Positions 11,564-20,565 of a DNA stretch of 64,000 nucleotides are shown here, in pieces. Source of the DNA: Ignavibacteriota bacterium (GTDB lineage Bacteria; Bacteroidota; Ignavibacteria; UBA10030); contig OY969585.1 of NCBI GenBank assembly GCA_963701295.1, forward strand, positions 3,520,001 to 3,584,000, given 5' to 3'. The notes under the pieces are model-generated. The model was not told the DNA's origin, ran no database searches, and saw only the letters and a list, made by a program, of their open reading frames with translations. Made by a program: the position numbers and the translations under genes. Within the stretch, counting starts at the first letter, position 1. Each line of letters opens with the position of its first letter.

Positions 11564-12820
11564 TTACGAACCAGAAGGATTTACTATCTTGCCAATAAAC
11601 AATATCGTTCCAGATTGATGTTCACGAATGGCAAAAATAAAAGGATGATCAATGCGCATAACATTGATTTCAGGTCTACCGGGGTATACAGCTGTTATTC
11701 CAACACCTATTATTGTCACAGCAGCAGCCTCTGTCCCTTCCTCATCAACATCCACATACGTTTTGTGTAATACGTCGGAAACGAATAATCCGCCAATAGC
11801 ACTTATGTGACTAAGGTCTGCCCTCAAAGGGTCAAACGCTATTCCCATACCTAGTGCCTTCAATTCATCCTTCAATGATTGAGAATATTTCAGCGTAAAT
11901 TTAGGCATATATACATCGACTTTTGCTGAATCTAATTTGTTTATAATTGTATTCCATTGAGCTTGCGTCAGTGCCGATGCAAATTGATCAATGGAAATTC
12001 CGGCAGAAGGTAATATAATCGTCATACTATATGACCGATCACTGTAAGGTAAATCTATCGCTTGTACAGAACTATCTGCATAATATGCATAGGTGTCTTC
12101 CTGGCTCATTAACTTGCATGTTGTAACGCTTCCATCTTCGCATGTGAAAGATGCATCTTTAGTACCCGATGTGTCAAATTTATACGTCCACGTCCCTTTA
12201 AAATATATTGCATTGATGAGATACATTACGATATCGGATGGAATATTGCCATCTATTATCGTCGGGATTTTACCGTTTGTCTTCGTGTTCACCCAATTGT
12301 TGATGGCTTGTGATGCACTGGGCAGAGTAAAATTCAGAGAGTCCACTTCTGCATCGAAATAGTTTTTATTGACATTCAAGAAATTGGACAACACCGGAAA
12401 TCCACCTCTATACCAGATAGAATTAGCATTTTGGAATGTGACGTGAGCATCAAGGGTTGTTAATAAGGCAGAGACATTTTTATACGCATTGTTTATATCA
12501 TTCAATGACATACCAGCATCGCCAAGCGCCTGTTCCAACGAATCAAGCGTAGAACCATTTGCACCATTGAGCAGCATGCCAAATGCCATGGAAACACTAA
12601 AGGGAGAGATGAACACGTTCTTGTTTTGTTCACTTCCGTTGATTCGGGCAAAGAGCTTGAAGCCGAATGAATTATCAGATGAGACAATGGTATTTTCTAC
12701 TATATCAAGATGACGGATATTTGGCTGAACTTGTGACGGTTCAGTGCAATTAGTTCGACAACCCAATAAAACAGTTGTGGCAATTACGAAAACAAGAATT
12801 AGAAATATTGTTTTATTCAT
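11564..12820 (-). CDS. Serpin (serine protease inhibitor), lipoprotein
   Basis: 'NVFISPFS', 'NAIYFKGTW', hinge 'VDEEGTEAAAVT', 'DHPFIFAI'; lipobox LLGC. Confidence 0.92.
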   Translation of the reverse strand: MNKTIFLILVFVIATTVLLGCRTNCTEPSQVQPNIRHLDIVENTIVSSDNSFGFKLFARINGSEQNKNVFISPFSVSMAFGMLLNGANGSTLDSLEQALGDAGMSLNDINNAYKNVSALLTTLDAHVTFQNANSIWYRGGFPVLSNFLNVNKNYFDAEVDSLNFTLPSASQAINNWVNTKTNGKIPTIIDGNIPSDIVMYLINAIYFKGTWTYKFDTSGTKDASFTCEDGSVTTCKLMSQEDTYAYYADSSVQAIDLPYSDRSYSMTIILPSAGISIDQFASALTQAQWNTIINKLDSAKVDVYMPKFTLKYSQSLKDELKALGMGIAFDPLRADLSHISAIGGLFVSDVLHKTYVDVDEEGTEAAAVTIIGVGITAVYPGRPEINVMRIDHPFIFAIREHQSGTILFIGKIVNPSGS

Positions 12821-12932
12821 AAGACGCTCCTTTGTATGAGAATAAATAGAACAAGTCCATCCTCTTCACTTTTAAGCCGGAGGCTCATACGCCTTGGACT
12901 TACAAATCCGTACCCACTGTTGCAAATCATAA

Positions 12933-12977
12933 ATTTTGAAAAGCGTTCATTCCGTCAGCTTGAGTGCCTGGTTAGGC
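12933..12977 (-). repeat. Isolated R''-side arm of an attC
   Basis: gcgttcattccgtcagcttgagtgcctggttaggc; no TAACGGA arm between it and the serpin start. Confidence 0.75.
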
Positions 12978-13388
12978 AGCATTACTTTGTCCCGACGAAT
13001 ATTTCGATTCAAAATACTTTTTTTGGCATTCCTTCCAATCCATAAATCCAACCCACCCAAACATTACGACCATTGGAAGAACAACGAATACTATTGTATA
13101 TAATATTTTTGCTTCATACGACAGAAACCAAGTCAAAAGCAATGACAGAGGTAGCCCATAGAGCAGGCTAAATTTCAACGAGTAAGCAATCTGCTTATTC
13201 TTAATTCTTTCAAATTGAACGACACGTTTCTTCATGCTCTTTTCTAAAAAAAAGAATAAAGCAAACAAAAGAAATAATATTACAAATATTCCGACAACCA
13301 TCATATTTAATGGCGGTGGATTAAATATCAATCTTACCAATAGTGGAACAAAGAAAATGAATGGAATATATTTATTTTTGTTTTCCAT
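12972..13388 (-). CDS. Hypothetical membrane protein (4 TM), cassette gene
   Basis: RBS GAGGAG; stop codon TAA lies inside R'' (GCCTAAC). Confidence 0.7.
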   Translation of the reverse strand: MENKNKYIPFIFFVPLLVRLIFNPPPLNMMVVGIFVILFLLFALFFFLEKSMKKRVVQFERIKNKQIAYSLKFSLLYGLPLSLLLTWFLSYEAKILYTIVFVVLPMVVMFGWVGFMDWKECQKKYFESKYSSGQSNAA

Positions 13389-13412
13389 GTGTCTCCTCGT
13401 TTTGATAATGTT

Positions 13413-13953
13413 ACCTAACGGATGGCGGCTAAGTCCCGATTTGATCTTCGATCAAATCGAGTATCCCGTACAGCGGGACTGACGTGCTGATAACTTTTGC
13501 GCCAGAGGCGCATGTGCCTTGGGCACACAATATACACAAAACGAACAAAGTTCATTCTAAAAAGTTTATTATTAATAACCAAACCTCTGCTCGCCATGCT
13601 TGGCGTACCACACCTGCCCCGCGTTTTTGCAGGGCTCATTCCGTTAGCTTGAATATTATGACAAAGTCAAGCCGATTTCAAGAGTACCAAATTGACCGAT
13701 TTGTAATTCGGAATATAACCGACTCCGACCACACTAACGCACACACCACCAGGTGAAACGAGCTTTCTCCATTGAATAGCCTTTGCTGACGTACATACTA
13801 TCTAGCTTCTGCGACTTGAAGAGTTGGGTCTTCTTCAAGCTGTAGGCTCGATGCGCCTTGAGCCGCGTTAGACTTCTTCAACTCTTCCTTGGTGTATGAC
13901 TTGTGTACCTTCCGTTATTTATGTCTTTAGTCTAATGGAACCGCTGGTTATGT
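13413..13953 (-). repeat. attC interrupted by two hairpin insertions and an insert of about 290 bp
   Basis: acctaacgga at 13413, ctggttatgt at 13944-13953, consensus arms broken by inserts. Confidence 0.8.
13653..13939. mobile_element. Putative non-autonomous, non-coding element inserted in attC
   Basis: Extra sequence between AGCTTGA and ACCGCTGG of the attC arm, GAA at both junctions, weak sub-terminal inverted repeats, several internal hairpins. Confidence 0.5.
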
Positions 13954-13963
13954 TGCAATTGTT

Positions 13964-15276
13964 TCATCTAAGTAAAACAAGTTTCTTCGTTTCTGTAAAT
14001 GTTCCGGCTTGCAAACGATAAAAATAAATTCCGCTCGACATATTTGCCGCATTCCATTGTTTAGAACAATTTCCCGCTGACATTTCTTCCGAGACAAGTG
14101 TTGCAACTTCTCTTCCTAATAAATCAAATACTTTTAATGATACAAACGATTCTTTTGGAAGATCATAAGAAATAGTAGTTGTTGGATTAAATGGATTGGG
14201 ATAATTCTGACTCAGAGTAAATCTCTTTGGCTGAGAAGAAGGTTGCTTTACATTAGTCATTAAATCAGAAAGAGGCCGCCTCCACGCACCGCCACCCTCA
14301 GTTCCGACCAAGAGATCCTTGCCGCCTTTCCCATCGGGAGATACGGTGACAGTCCAGTCCCAAGGGTTCATCGAGGCCGAATGAATGTCAGTCCAATGAG
14401 CACCGTTGTCAGTAGAAAAAAAGACACCGCCACCCCATGTCCCAACAAAGATATTTGTGTCACCTGTCTCTTCGGGAGATACGGCGATTGAATTGATAAA
14501 AGTGGTTGTGAGACCGGAATTAACGGCAGTCCAATTAATGCCGTTGTTTGTGGAAAGAAAGATCCCATTATGTGTACCTGCAAAAAGATTCGTTCCACTA
14601 ACAGCAAGAGCATTTACATTGGTATTAGCTAGACCTGAGTTGACGGCAGTCCAATACGTGCCGTTATTGGTAGAAAGAAAGACTCCGCCACCCTGAGTCC
14701 CGGCAAAGATATTTGAGCTGTCCGTTCCGTTTTGGGTTACGGCCAGAGCATAGACTGTATCGTTCGTCAAACCAGAATTGACAGCAGTCCAGTGTGTCCA
14801 ACTTGACCCGTTAAAGGCTGAGCGAAATATCCCGTTGCCTTTAGTACCGACAAAGAGATTTAAGCTATCGGTCCTTCCAGGTGATGGACTCACGGCAAGT
14901 GACCAAATATCCGTGTTCGATATACCGGAATCGACTGCAGTCCAATTTGTCCATCCAGTTCCATTATAGATCGATAGAAAAACCCCATGGTGAAATGTGC
15001 CTGCAAAGAGAAGCGTGTCAGATGCTGTAAGAACAGTGGCAACAATATTCGTAGATCCAAATGGATCCCAGCGTGTTCCATTGTTAGTCGATAGAAAGGC
15101 TCCACCATCGGTTGTTGAAAAGAGATACGTGCCGCCTGCCCCGTTTGGAACGACGGCAAAAGAAAGAACAGCATAATTAGTTAACCCGGAATCAATAGCA
15201 GTCCATTGAGCAGAAGTTTCAGCCGGCAAAAAGAACAATCCACCAATGAATAAAACAGCAACGAAAAGAACTTCAT
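13964..15276 (-). CDS. Secreted beta-propeller (BNR/Asp-box-like repeats) with T9SS C-terminal domain; frameshift in the signal peptide
   Basis: Repeats 'GVFLSTNNGT.W'; CTD 'SQNYPNPFNP'; RBS-preceded ATG at 15276 is out of frame with the body, and the called ORF start lies inside attC. Confidence 0.8.
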
Positions 15277-15326
15277 AAGATTTTCCTCTTTTAATTGTTC
15301 TTTTTAGGTAATTAAATAAGAATGCA

Positions 15327-15512
15327 ACATAACGGACGGGCGCTAAGCTGCGGCGCTGCAAACGTTCAACATGCTGATAACGGAACAAATTCATTGTACT
15401 TATTTTCATATTAAAGCAAAATCTCTGCTTGTCATGCTAATTGTAGCGAACCTGCCCGCCATACTTTATATTTTGGCGCGCTCATTCCGTCAACTTGAGC
15501 GCCCGGTCAGGC
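15327..15512 (-). repeat. attC (R'' variant GCCTGAC)
   Basis: acataacggacgggcgctaagctgcgg...ccgtcaacttgagcgcccggtcaggc. Confidence 0.85.
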
Positions 15513-15917
15513 GGTAATTTTATCCTTTCTATCTAAATATTCAGCCAATGACAAAAATTTCTTCGGCCATACATATCCATTCTCTTCGCTTAGGAGCACT
15601 CCAATTCCTTTTACCGAAGAATTATCAATCGGTCCATAGACGTGTGGAAAAACCGATGAAGTACTTATATGCTGTGTTCCAGCTCCTTTTTCCGGTGCTG
15701 CCGATTCGTATTTTGTTTGTGATTTTAACTTTAATGGATCGATTTTGAGAAGTAATAATTTATCCTCAACATTCGAATAATAATCATTGGCAACTGAGAT
15801 TACTGAAGCTTCGAGTGCGCAATGAACAAAACCATTTTCGTCAAAATCGATAGGGATATAACTATCTCCTTTGATTAAATGCAGATAGTCTTTTTCTTTT
15901 ACGATATGATAAATCAT
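15507..15917 (-). CDS. DUF952 family protein
   Basis: 'MIYHI', 'GFVHC', 'FPHVYGPI'. Confidence 0.8.
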   Translation of the reverse strand: MIYHIVKEKDYLHLIKGDSYIPIDFDENGFVHCALEASVISVANDYYSNVEDKLLLLKIDPLKLKSQTKYESAAPEKGAGTQHISTSSVFPHVYGPIDNSSVKGIGVLLSEENGYVWPKKFLSLAEYLDRKDKITA

Positions 15918-15939
15918 TTCTAATTCTTTCTAAATTATC

Positions 15940-16170
15940 GCCTAACGGACGGCAACTAAGCTGCCGCAACGAGAAGCCGCAAGTTGCTGAATACAATCCA
16001 AGTTTATTCTGAAAAGTTTATTATTAAATATCTGAACCTCTACGCGCCATGCTTAATGTACCCATTTACCCGCCATGCTTTATCTTTGGGCGGGCGCTCA
16101 TTCATAATTAGTATCACGCTTCGCGTGATTCATTCTTCTCGACAAGCCGAGCTTGAGCGCCTGGTTAGGC
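15940..16170 (-). repeat. attC with a hairpin insertion of about 45 bp
   Basis: gcctaacgga...cttgagcgcctggttaggc; extra atcacgcttcgcgtgat hairpin at 16113-16129. Confidence 0.85.
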
Positions 16171-16338
16171 GATGCTGGTGAACAACACTCACAGAATTGA
16201 TCCTGGAACCGTCAATCTTCGTAATAAGGATAAGGACATTAAAAAATAATTCTGTGAATTTATCAGTACTCCACAATCGTTGAGCCACGCCAAATGAAAG
16301 TGAAGAAACCTGAAAAAGAGTCGACCTATTATGGAATA

Positions 16339-16618
16339 TTATCCCATTAGCTTATCGAAGTCTTCCACACTTACCGCTGGTGCTGTACGAAACGCAATCC
16401 CTAATAATTTAGTCAAGGCTACTGAGATCTTCATCGCTTGCTCAAAATCAGGCAGATCTATGATAAGAACTAAATCTAATTCCCCGAGCAGTGCAATATC
16501 CAGCCTTGATCTTTCCACCATGCTTCTTGATTAAAGCGTTGGCTTTATCGGTGCGTTTCGCGCTGATTGACTTTAGCGCATCTTGTGAGTAATTACCAAA
16601 CATCAGAAAAGTAGTCAT
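16339..16618 (-). pseudogene. GYD-domain protein, frameshifted near 16495
   Basis: 'MTTFLMFGNYSQDALKSI...GGKIKAGY' continues in another frame as 'ALLGELDLVLIIDLPD'. Confidence 0.7.
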
Positions 16619-16779
16619 ATCAATCTCTCCTTTCTTTTGGTGTTTGAGGACGCGACTACCATGACTCATTGGGATTCTCCAGGCAAATTTGACCTGAGAG
16701 CGGATAATAATTAAAGTGAAAGTTTCTTTCTAACATGGGCGGACTCTCATAAAGTGGTCAGGCAAAGTATTTTGCATAA

Positions 16780-17496
16780 TCAAAAACTATAACTTAACTG
16801 AAGTTGTAGACCATTCTTACTCGGTACAATGTTGAAATTGTACTGTTTCTTTTCCATTATTTTGTTGTAGAGTTGTTCGTTATACTTGTCAACCTGAGCA
16901 GAAGCATCTATCGCTTCCCAAACAGCAGAAACAAGGGCAACTCCAAACCCGATATAAAACCAAGCGGTAATTCTTGTTTCCGTATTGTAATAATAATTCC
17001 AGGAGTATCCATATGGATTCGGAGTTGAGTAAACATCTGACGTATAGCCGGCAGTTAATGCAAGAACAACTCCGCCCACTCTAGCAGCAGAGAAGAGAAG
17101 TCCTCGTCCCCAATTGCCGGCGTACAAATGTCCAGTGCTCGTGAGGAGAATCGAAAGAAGAACAGCCGTGGTGGGACTTTTCTTTTCATTCTCGTAGTAT
17201 ATCATTTTTTGAGCATCGGATTGACTACTTGATTCCTGCTGACGCGGCTGTTGCTGAATCTGTGAATCGGTTGAAACCTTCTCTTTGGTGAACTTGAGTA
17301 TGTTGCTATATTTTACTGTTAATGTTGATCCTCCAATCAATTCAATTTTCACATATTTCTTTGGAACGTTTTCGATTATCGTTCCCTTGAGAATGTCTCC
17401 ATTTTTGAGATAGATAACATCTATACGCTCTTGTCCAAGAGCATAAAACAAGGGGAAGAGAATTAGAACAACGATTGCGATTAGATTGCTTTTCAT
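16780..17496 (-). CDS. Exported hypothetical protein: 'DVIYLKNG' small beta domain plus TM2-like membrane region
   Basis: Signal peptide; 'KKSPTTAVLLSILL..GHLYAG' TM2-like motif; C-terminal Phe. Confidence 0.65.
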   Translation of the reverse strand: MKSNLIAIVVLILFPLFYALGQERIDVIYLKNGDILKGTIIENVPKKYVKIELIGGSTLTVKYSNILKFTKEKVSTDSQIQQQPRQQESSSQSDAQKMIYYENEKKSPTTAVLLSILLTSTGHLYAGNWGRGLLFSAARVGGVVLALTAGYTSDVYSTPNPYGYSWNYYYNTETRITAWFYIGFGVALVSAVWEAIDASAQVDKYNEQLYNKIMEKKQYNFNIVPSKNGLQLQLSYSF

Positions 17497-17550
17497 TGAA
17501 GTATCCTTTCGATTTTTAGACATCGTTATGATCCGGATATAAAACATTTC

Positions 17551-17769
17551 GCCTAACGGATGGGCGCTAAGCTGCGGCGCTGAGAACTTTCAAATTGTAC
17601 GAAACGAAACAAGTTCATTCGCAAAACCAAATTAATAAACACTCAACTTAATAATTACAATAAACAAAATTAACTAACGAGAACCCACAACAAGTCATGT
17701 TTAACGTACCACGCTTGCCCGCCGCATTTTTGGCGGGCTCATTCCGTCAGCTTGAGCGCCTGGTGAAGC
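17551..17769 (-). repeat. attC (R'' variant GCTTCAC)
   Basis: Consensus arms present. Confidence 0.85.
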
Positions 17770-17780
17770 GGGCAAGCTTT

Positions 17781-18590
17781 TTACCTTTTCTGCTGATTAT
17801 ATTCGTTCACATACTTTGCAATTTCCAGCATTGGGGCAATCCATATCTGTCCTTCGTTTTCTTTGATAAAATGCAGCAATTTGCTATGTGCCTCCAAAGA
17901 AACATTCAGCGAATGTTCACCCCCGACTCCATGAAAAAGGAATACAATAAGGGAGTTACTCTCCATTGCTTTCTTCACCAAAGCAATAAGCACATCACCA
18001 GGTTCTCCGTTAATCATATAGGATCCGATATCGTATAAATCAATTTCATTGATTCTTTTCATTTTTCCCTCTACACCTCTCGCCGCAATAAACGTCCTTT
18101 TTATTTTCGGTACATACGATGAATCACCTGCATGAGTATCTCCACATGGATATGCGAATGTTCTCATTTTCTCTCCATCGATAGCATTCAATAAAACATT
18201 GGTCATATCAATTTCGTCGCTCATTCGTTGCATTGAATATGAATGGAGATCATAATCAGGTTGAACCCATTTTCTATCAGGTCTATTTCCTTCGCAAGGA
18301 TGAAATAATGTATGATTTCCAAGCTCATTTCCTTTCGATGCGATGATTTTCCATTCAGCTGATCGTTCGCGAAACCCTTGGAAAAATCCTGATATATAAA
18401 ATGTTGCCTTTAGACCAAGAGAATCTAATAGAGGAACAACATGATCTAGATGCACATTCAAAGCATCGTCATATGTAAGACAAACTGCACATCTCTTATT
18501 GTGCCATATGGTATTTTCTTGTGCATGTACTAGCGCTGCCATAAGAGTGATAATAAAACAAAACAATATCAATATTCGTGTTATTTTCAT
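17781..18590 (-). CDS. Secreted polysaccharide deacetylase (CE4/NodB-like)
   Basis: 'LTYDD', 'GNHTLFHP', 'FAYPCG', 'LFHGV'. Confidence 0.85.
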   Translation of the reverse strand: MKITRILILFCFIITLMAALVHAQENTIWHNKRCAVCLTYDDALNVHLDHVVPLLDSLGLKATFYISGFFQGFRERSAEWKIIASKGNELGNHTLFHPCEGNRPDRKWVQPDYDLHSYSMQRMSDEIDMTNVLLNAIDGEKMRTFAYPCGDTHAGDSSYVPKIKRTFIAARGVEGKMKRINEIDLYDIGSYMINGEPGDVLIALVKKAMESNSLIVFLFHGVGGEHSLNVSLEAHSKLLHFIKENEGQIWIAPMLEIAKYVNEYNQQKR

Positions 18591-18603
18591 CTGAAAGGAT
18601 CCC

Positions 18604-19527
18604 TTAGTTTATAATTTTATTCTTTCTGAGAAATTCTCGTATCGCTGCAAAACTGTCTATAAATGATTGCCGGGAAAAACCACCATGCATTGCACCTTGA
18701 ATTGTAACCAATTTATTGGGCACACCTATTGAATCTAGAGCCGCATGAAATTTTACGGTATTATCATATACTGAAACATCATCTTTACTCCCCTGAATAG
18801 ATATAATAGGAGGAAGTCCTGGACGCACATAGTTGATAGGCGATAACTGCTTAGCAAGCTCCTTACGATTTTCAATGCTGCCAAACCATTCAATTGCATA
18901 ATGTTTTGCACTTGGGCCGTCAAGAAGATCGGCAACATCGGTTATGCCGTACCAATTAATGATAGCAGCGACATGAATCTGCAATTCGTCCGCTTTATTC
19001 CAGCGAACACTATTATCGGTGGGATACCGACGATCAAATGCCGATTGTGCTTGTAGCATCCCCGTCATCAATGCTAAGTGTCCACCTGCTGATCCGCCAG
19101 TAAGGACAATCTTCGACGTATCAACATTATATTCTTTAGCATGAGAAACGAGCCAGCGAAGAGCGCATCGACAATCTTCAACAGCTGCAGGTGCTAACGA
19201 ATTTCGGGCTAAACGATATTCCACATTGATAACAACCCAGCCAAGTGACAAATATGGCAGAAGCTGCAGAACATTGCGTTCCTTCTGGCCTTCAACCCAA
19301 CCGCCACCGTGGAAAAGTAATAATGCTGGCACAGTGGTATTCATTGTCTTAGGCAAGTAGAGATCAAGTTTTAAATCTGTATTATTTGCTGTCGAATAGA
19401 CAATATTGGGATATATTTCATATTCATCAGATGCATAGTCAATCCAAGGATCTGTACTTATTGATTGTGTGTGGCATACTGTTGTAAACAAAAGGACTAT
19501 GAGGGTTAAAGAATTATATCTGATCAT
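18604..19527 (-). CDS. Secreted alpha/beta hydrolase (HSL-like esterase)
   Basis: HGGGW oxyanion motif, GGSAGG nucleophile elbow. Confidence 0.85.
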   Translation of the reverse strand: MIRYNSLTLIVLLFTTVCHTQSISTDPWIDYASDEYEIYPNIVYSTANNTDLKLDLYLPKTMNTTVPALLLFHGGGWVEGQKERNVLQLLPYLSLGWVVINVEYRLARNSLAPAAVEDCRCALRWLVSHAKEYNVDTSKIVLTGGSAGGHLALMTGMLQAQSAFDRRYPTDNSVRWNKADELQIHVAAIINWYGITDVADLLDGPSAKHYAIEWFGSIENRKELAKQLSPINYVRPGLPPIISIQGSKDDVSVYDNTVKFHAALDSIGVPNKLVTIQGAMHGGFSRQSFIDSFAAIREFLRKNKIIN

Positions 19528-19557
19528 AACTACTCCATAAAATAAATTTGATAATCT

Positions 19558-19636
19558 GCTTGCCAGCCGTCTTTTTGGCGGGCTCATTCCGTCAGCTTGT
19601 CACGAAATGACCACTTCGTGAAGCGCCTGGTTAGGT
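19558..19636 (-). repeat. Half attC (R'' arm only) with a 22 bp hairpin insertion
   Basis: ggctcattccgtcagcttg[tcacgaaatgaccacttcgtga]agcgcctggttaggt; R' arm absent. Confidence 0.8.
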
Positions 19637-19650
19637 TGTGTTTTGCCGAT

Positions 19651-20340
19651 TTATTTTTTCTGTTTAAGCATCCATTCATATATTTCAGGATTCTTTTCAT
19701 AGAGAAACTGTAAATGATGTCCTTCATTTTCTAAGCGTGTATATTTGATATTACCATTGCATTTTTTCAATGCGTTTACTATTCGCTCTGTTTCGCTAAT
19801 TGGAATTATAGTATCTGCTGTTCCATGAAAAGCCCAAATAGGAGTATTTTTGAGATTACAAATTCTTGAAGTGTCGCTATCAAAACATCCGCCACATAGG
19901 GGAATTAAGGCAGCAAATTTATCAGGATAATCCATTCCGACCCCATAGACACCGTATCCGCCCATGCTTATTCCTGTAACATATACTCTGGTACTATCAA
20001 TCTTATACTTAGTAATTAAATCCAAATATAAACTATCGAACCAATCCTCTAATGTCCAATATTTGTCGTCAGGGCATTGTGGTGAAGCAATGATAAAATC
20101 AAAGTTCTGTCCCTTCTCAATAAGATAAGGCAAGCCATACCCTTTTAACTTGTTTAAATCGTTTCCTCTTTGTGAGGCGCCATGTAAATAAATTACAAGC
20201 GGATACTTATTTGTCTGCTTAGAACAGTCTCTTGGTAAATACAGCAGATAACTATAATTCGCTTTTGTCTTTATCTGCGAATAGGAATAAACATGAAAAG
20301 AAAGAAGTAAAATAAAAAAGAATCTCAATTTGCTTTTCAT
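19651..20340 (-). CDS. Secreted esterase/peptidase (alpha/beta hydrolase)
   Basis: 'PLVIYLHG', GISMGG, 'WAFHG..D'. Confidence 0.8.
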   Translation of the reverse strand: MKSKLRFFFILLLSFHVYSYSQIKTKANYSYLLYLPRDCSKQTNKYPLVIYLHGASQRGNDLNKLKGYGLPYLIEKGQNFDFIIASPQCPDDKYWTLEDWFDSLYLDLITKYKIDSTRVYVTGISMGGYGVYGVGMDYPDKFAALIPLCGGCFDSDTSRICNLKNTPIWAFHGTADTIIPISETERIVNALKKCNGNIKYTRLENEGHHLQFLYEKNPEIYEWMLKQKK

Positions 20341-20367
20341 CTGGTTGAATGCTTTTCTCAAAACGCA

Positions 20368-20556
20368 ACCTAACGGACCGGCGCTAAGTTGCGCCGCTGA
20401 TAACTTTCAAAGTGTACTACACGAAACGAGTTCATGCTGAAAAATTTATTATTAAGAACCGAAACTTATGCAAGCCATGCTTAACGTACCCATTTACCCG
20501 CCATGCTTTATTTTTGGGCGGGCGTTCATTCCGTCAGCTTGAGCGCCTGGTTATGT
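20368..20556 (-). repeat. attC
   Basis: acctaacggaccggcgctaag...cagcttgagcgcctggttatgt. Confidence 0.92.
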
Positions 20557-20565
20557 GCAATTGCA

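Noticed and set aside
13415-13756. Short ORFs overlapping attC sites (also 15984, 17697, 42072 and the 15277-15409 extension)
   Set aside because: They are translations of attC repeat sequence with no protein features
16685-16770. Weak inverted repeat between the GYD and TM2-like genes as a possible attC
   Set aside because: No AAC/GTT cores and no array consensus; the ends at 16164 and 17551 match each other, indicating one two-gene cassette
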